From contig DAOOOX010000002.1 in NCBI GenBank assembly GCA_035387945.1, positions 139,282 to 203,281 of the forward strand: DNA of 64,000 nucleotides. Direction: 5' to 3'. A program made the translations under genes and the position numbers. This DNA is from Verrucomicrobiia bacterium (GTDB taxonomy: Bacteria; Verrucomicrobiota; Verrucomicrobiia; JADLBR01). Each line of letters starts with the position of its first letter. Position 1 is the first letter of the stretch. The notes under the pieces are model-generated. The model had not been told where the DNA came from, made no database searches, and saw nothing but the letters and a program-made list of their open reading frames with translations. This document shows positions 63,901 through 64,000 of the stretch, one piece after another.

Positions 63901-64000
63901 GATCGCCGTCTCCAGCGCCCCAACGCGGGTCGAAAAATCGCGGTATGCCCTGGCCCCGATCCGCAGTTCGATGTCCCGAAGGCGGTCGTGGATCTCCTTG
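60925..64000 (-). CDS. smc: Chromosome segregation protein SMC (C-terminal about 1000 aa; the 5' end lies beyond the window)
   Basis: Long coiled-coil, a hinge region, the C-terminal ABC signature (LSGGERTMTAVALLFAIY) and Walker B (FCILDEMDAPLD). The reading frame stays open to the window edge. Confidence 0.85.
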   Translation of the reverse strand, partial: KEIHDRLRDIELRIGARAYRDFSTRVGALETAIAELDRAIAEMGEKVSTEEVELEQWRAHGAEIETALENSRQERANATAAVERAEGQRSLNVERLADLDKSDASATADIASAEERAAIQKKDLGAIDGDVDAVAAELRACRDHLAQAVRQLGDCTEMTGKRQSEIGGRRERLTAAEQELQSLVAQIGGWDVQKRTHVLRVEAANKELERAKAQLEQERETNAGVEAELAAARVRRTEAGDEVAARKVRLRDVAESLEVRSRRRAEVEQRLAGIKSQLDLLKRMAASHEGIGSAAQAVIAASGKGALEGVEVREALADAIKIEPGAEAAIGVLLGDRVGALLLEDTRAVRKILAFLKSSGSGRLILAPSIFPRVRWKAPAREESALKLVTAGGAARRLLEVLLGHAYVAEDIERALKLKAELPHAIIATKDGHLITPEGIIVSGVGEDVARGGLLTRRREMSDLEAKLAKASEELDEAISQEEAVRIQRDEADKRVEQVAADLMATDEAMRIAEREWHVWEKRREDLQQRIAGIEAEIRHIGTSGDEMDEHERAQMRRRDEFSQVVETFRLELKGAEAELPALLGRESELNARVLELRVSGAALEEKEVGLRARRAPLAALVADLEETCRLRRAVIEANAARRAQFLEENERLAKQVEEGRGQIAQLEEYLKALQAQRTAALEAIRSREEDLKGRRRQQHEKQEERGRIDVELARIRMDLEALVLRIHRAYRVELAEYAAGAPAPAVAGAEPPEPGKGEAPAAPELEAAEGGVAEEAAPEPDWAQLEVEAGQLRERLDSMGPVNLEAITEYDELEARHRFLEEQQRDLLNSKEQLMQAIARINRTSRQLFAETFEKVAVNFQQTFSELFGGGKATLSLMDEADPLESGIDISAKPPGKQLAHITLLSGGERTMTAVALLFAIYMVRPSPFCILDEMDAPLDESNINRFIDMLKRFVLQSQFLLITHNKRTIGMADALYGVTMEESGVSKVVSVRFRTRGDEGEGVVDTATDGTEAGSAQGETGA

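Noticed and set aside
1-64000. CRISPR arrays, tRNA/rRNA genes, transposases/integrases, and toxin-antitoxin or restriction-modification systems.
   Set aside because: No array of regularly spaced direct repeats was found. No cloverleaf-like or rRNA-like segments were seen in the short intergenic regions. No ORF has transposase, integrase, nuclease or methyltransferase hallmarks. The only mobile-looking signals are the small palindromic repeats.

Overview
This is a high-GC (roughly 65-68%) bacterial chromosomal window that is densely coding (about 40 genes) and has almost no long intergenic gaps. The gene content suggests a bacterium of the Planctomycetes-Verrucomicrobia-Chlamydiae (PVC) superphylum, Verrucomicrobia/Opitutae-like: a formylglycine-type sulfatase, a PEP-CTERM protein with its exosortase, a CotH kinase carrying lamin-tail domains, large secreted glycan-binding proteins, together with housekeeping genes (hom, metG, parB, mutL, pyrE, malQ, cimA-like, hrpB, a sigma-70 factor and a 5'-truncated smc). 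All annotation is from reading the translations and the DNA; no searches were run. Three things stand out. (1) An operon opened by a GntR regulator and followed by four tandem paralogous large secreted proteins (about 0.96-1.35 kaa). Each combines a PD40/TolB-like beta-propeller with a C-terminal domain carrying two CXXCH heme-c motifs and a conserved W-[IV]-D-[LT] motif, an architecture reminiscent of the hydrazine synthase alpha subunit. Each paralog carries a different accessory domain: an unassigned beta-sandwich, a CBM-like domain plus a C-terminal FGE-sulfatase-like domain, a LamG-like domain, or an F5/8 type C (discoidin-like) domain. The operon sits directly downstream of a sulfatase. 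(2) A translationally coupled operon of nine hydrogenase-type genes on the minus strand encoding a formate-hydrogenlyase-like group-4 [NiFe] hydrogenase. It comprises a HycE-like large subunit with a fused NuoC domain and both Ni-Fe cysteine motifs, a HycG/NuoB-like small subunit, HycD-, HycF- and HycC/HyfB-like subunits and a HycI-like protease. In place of HycB it has an AsrA/HydB-like FeS subunit and an AsrB/HydG-like flavin/NAD(P)H subunit. Its FdhF-like molybdopterin subunit appears to lack the canonical Sec/Cys-His and Arg catalytic residues. A SMUG1-family uracil-DNA glycosylase gene follows 7 nt downstream on the same strand as a tenth ORF. (3) Two families of palindromic extragenic repeats (three and two copies), plus a pair of tandem 13-bp perfect palindromes and a 13-bp direct repeat flanking one copy, lie upstream of parB and the hydrogenase operon. 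Many long antisense ORFs in the six-frame track are treated as GC-driven artefacts.
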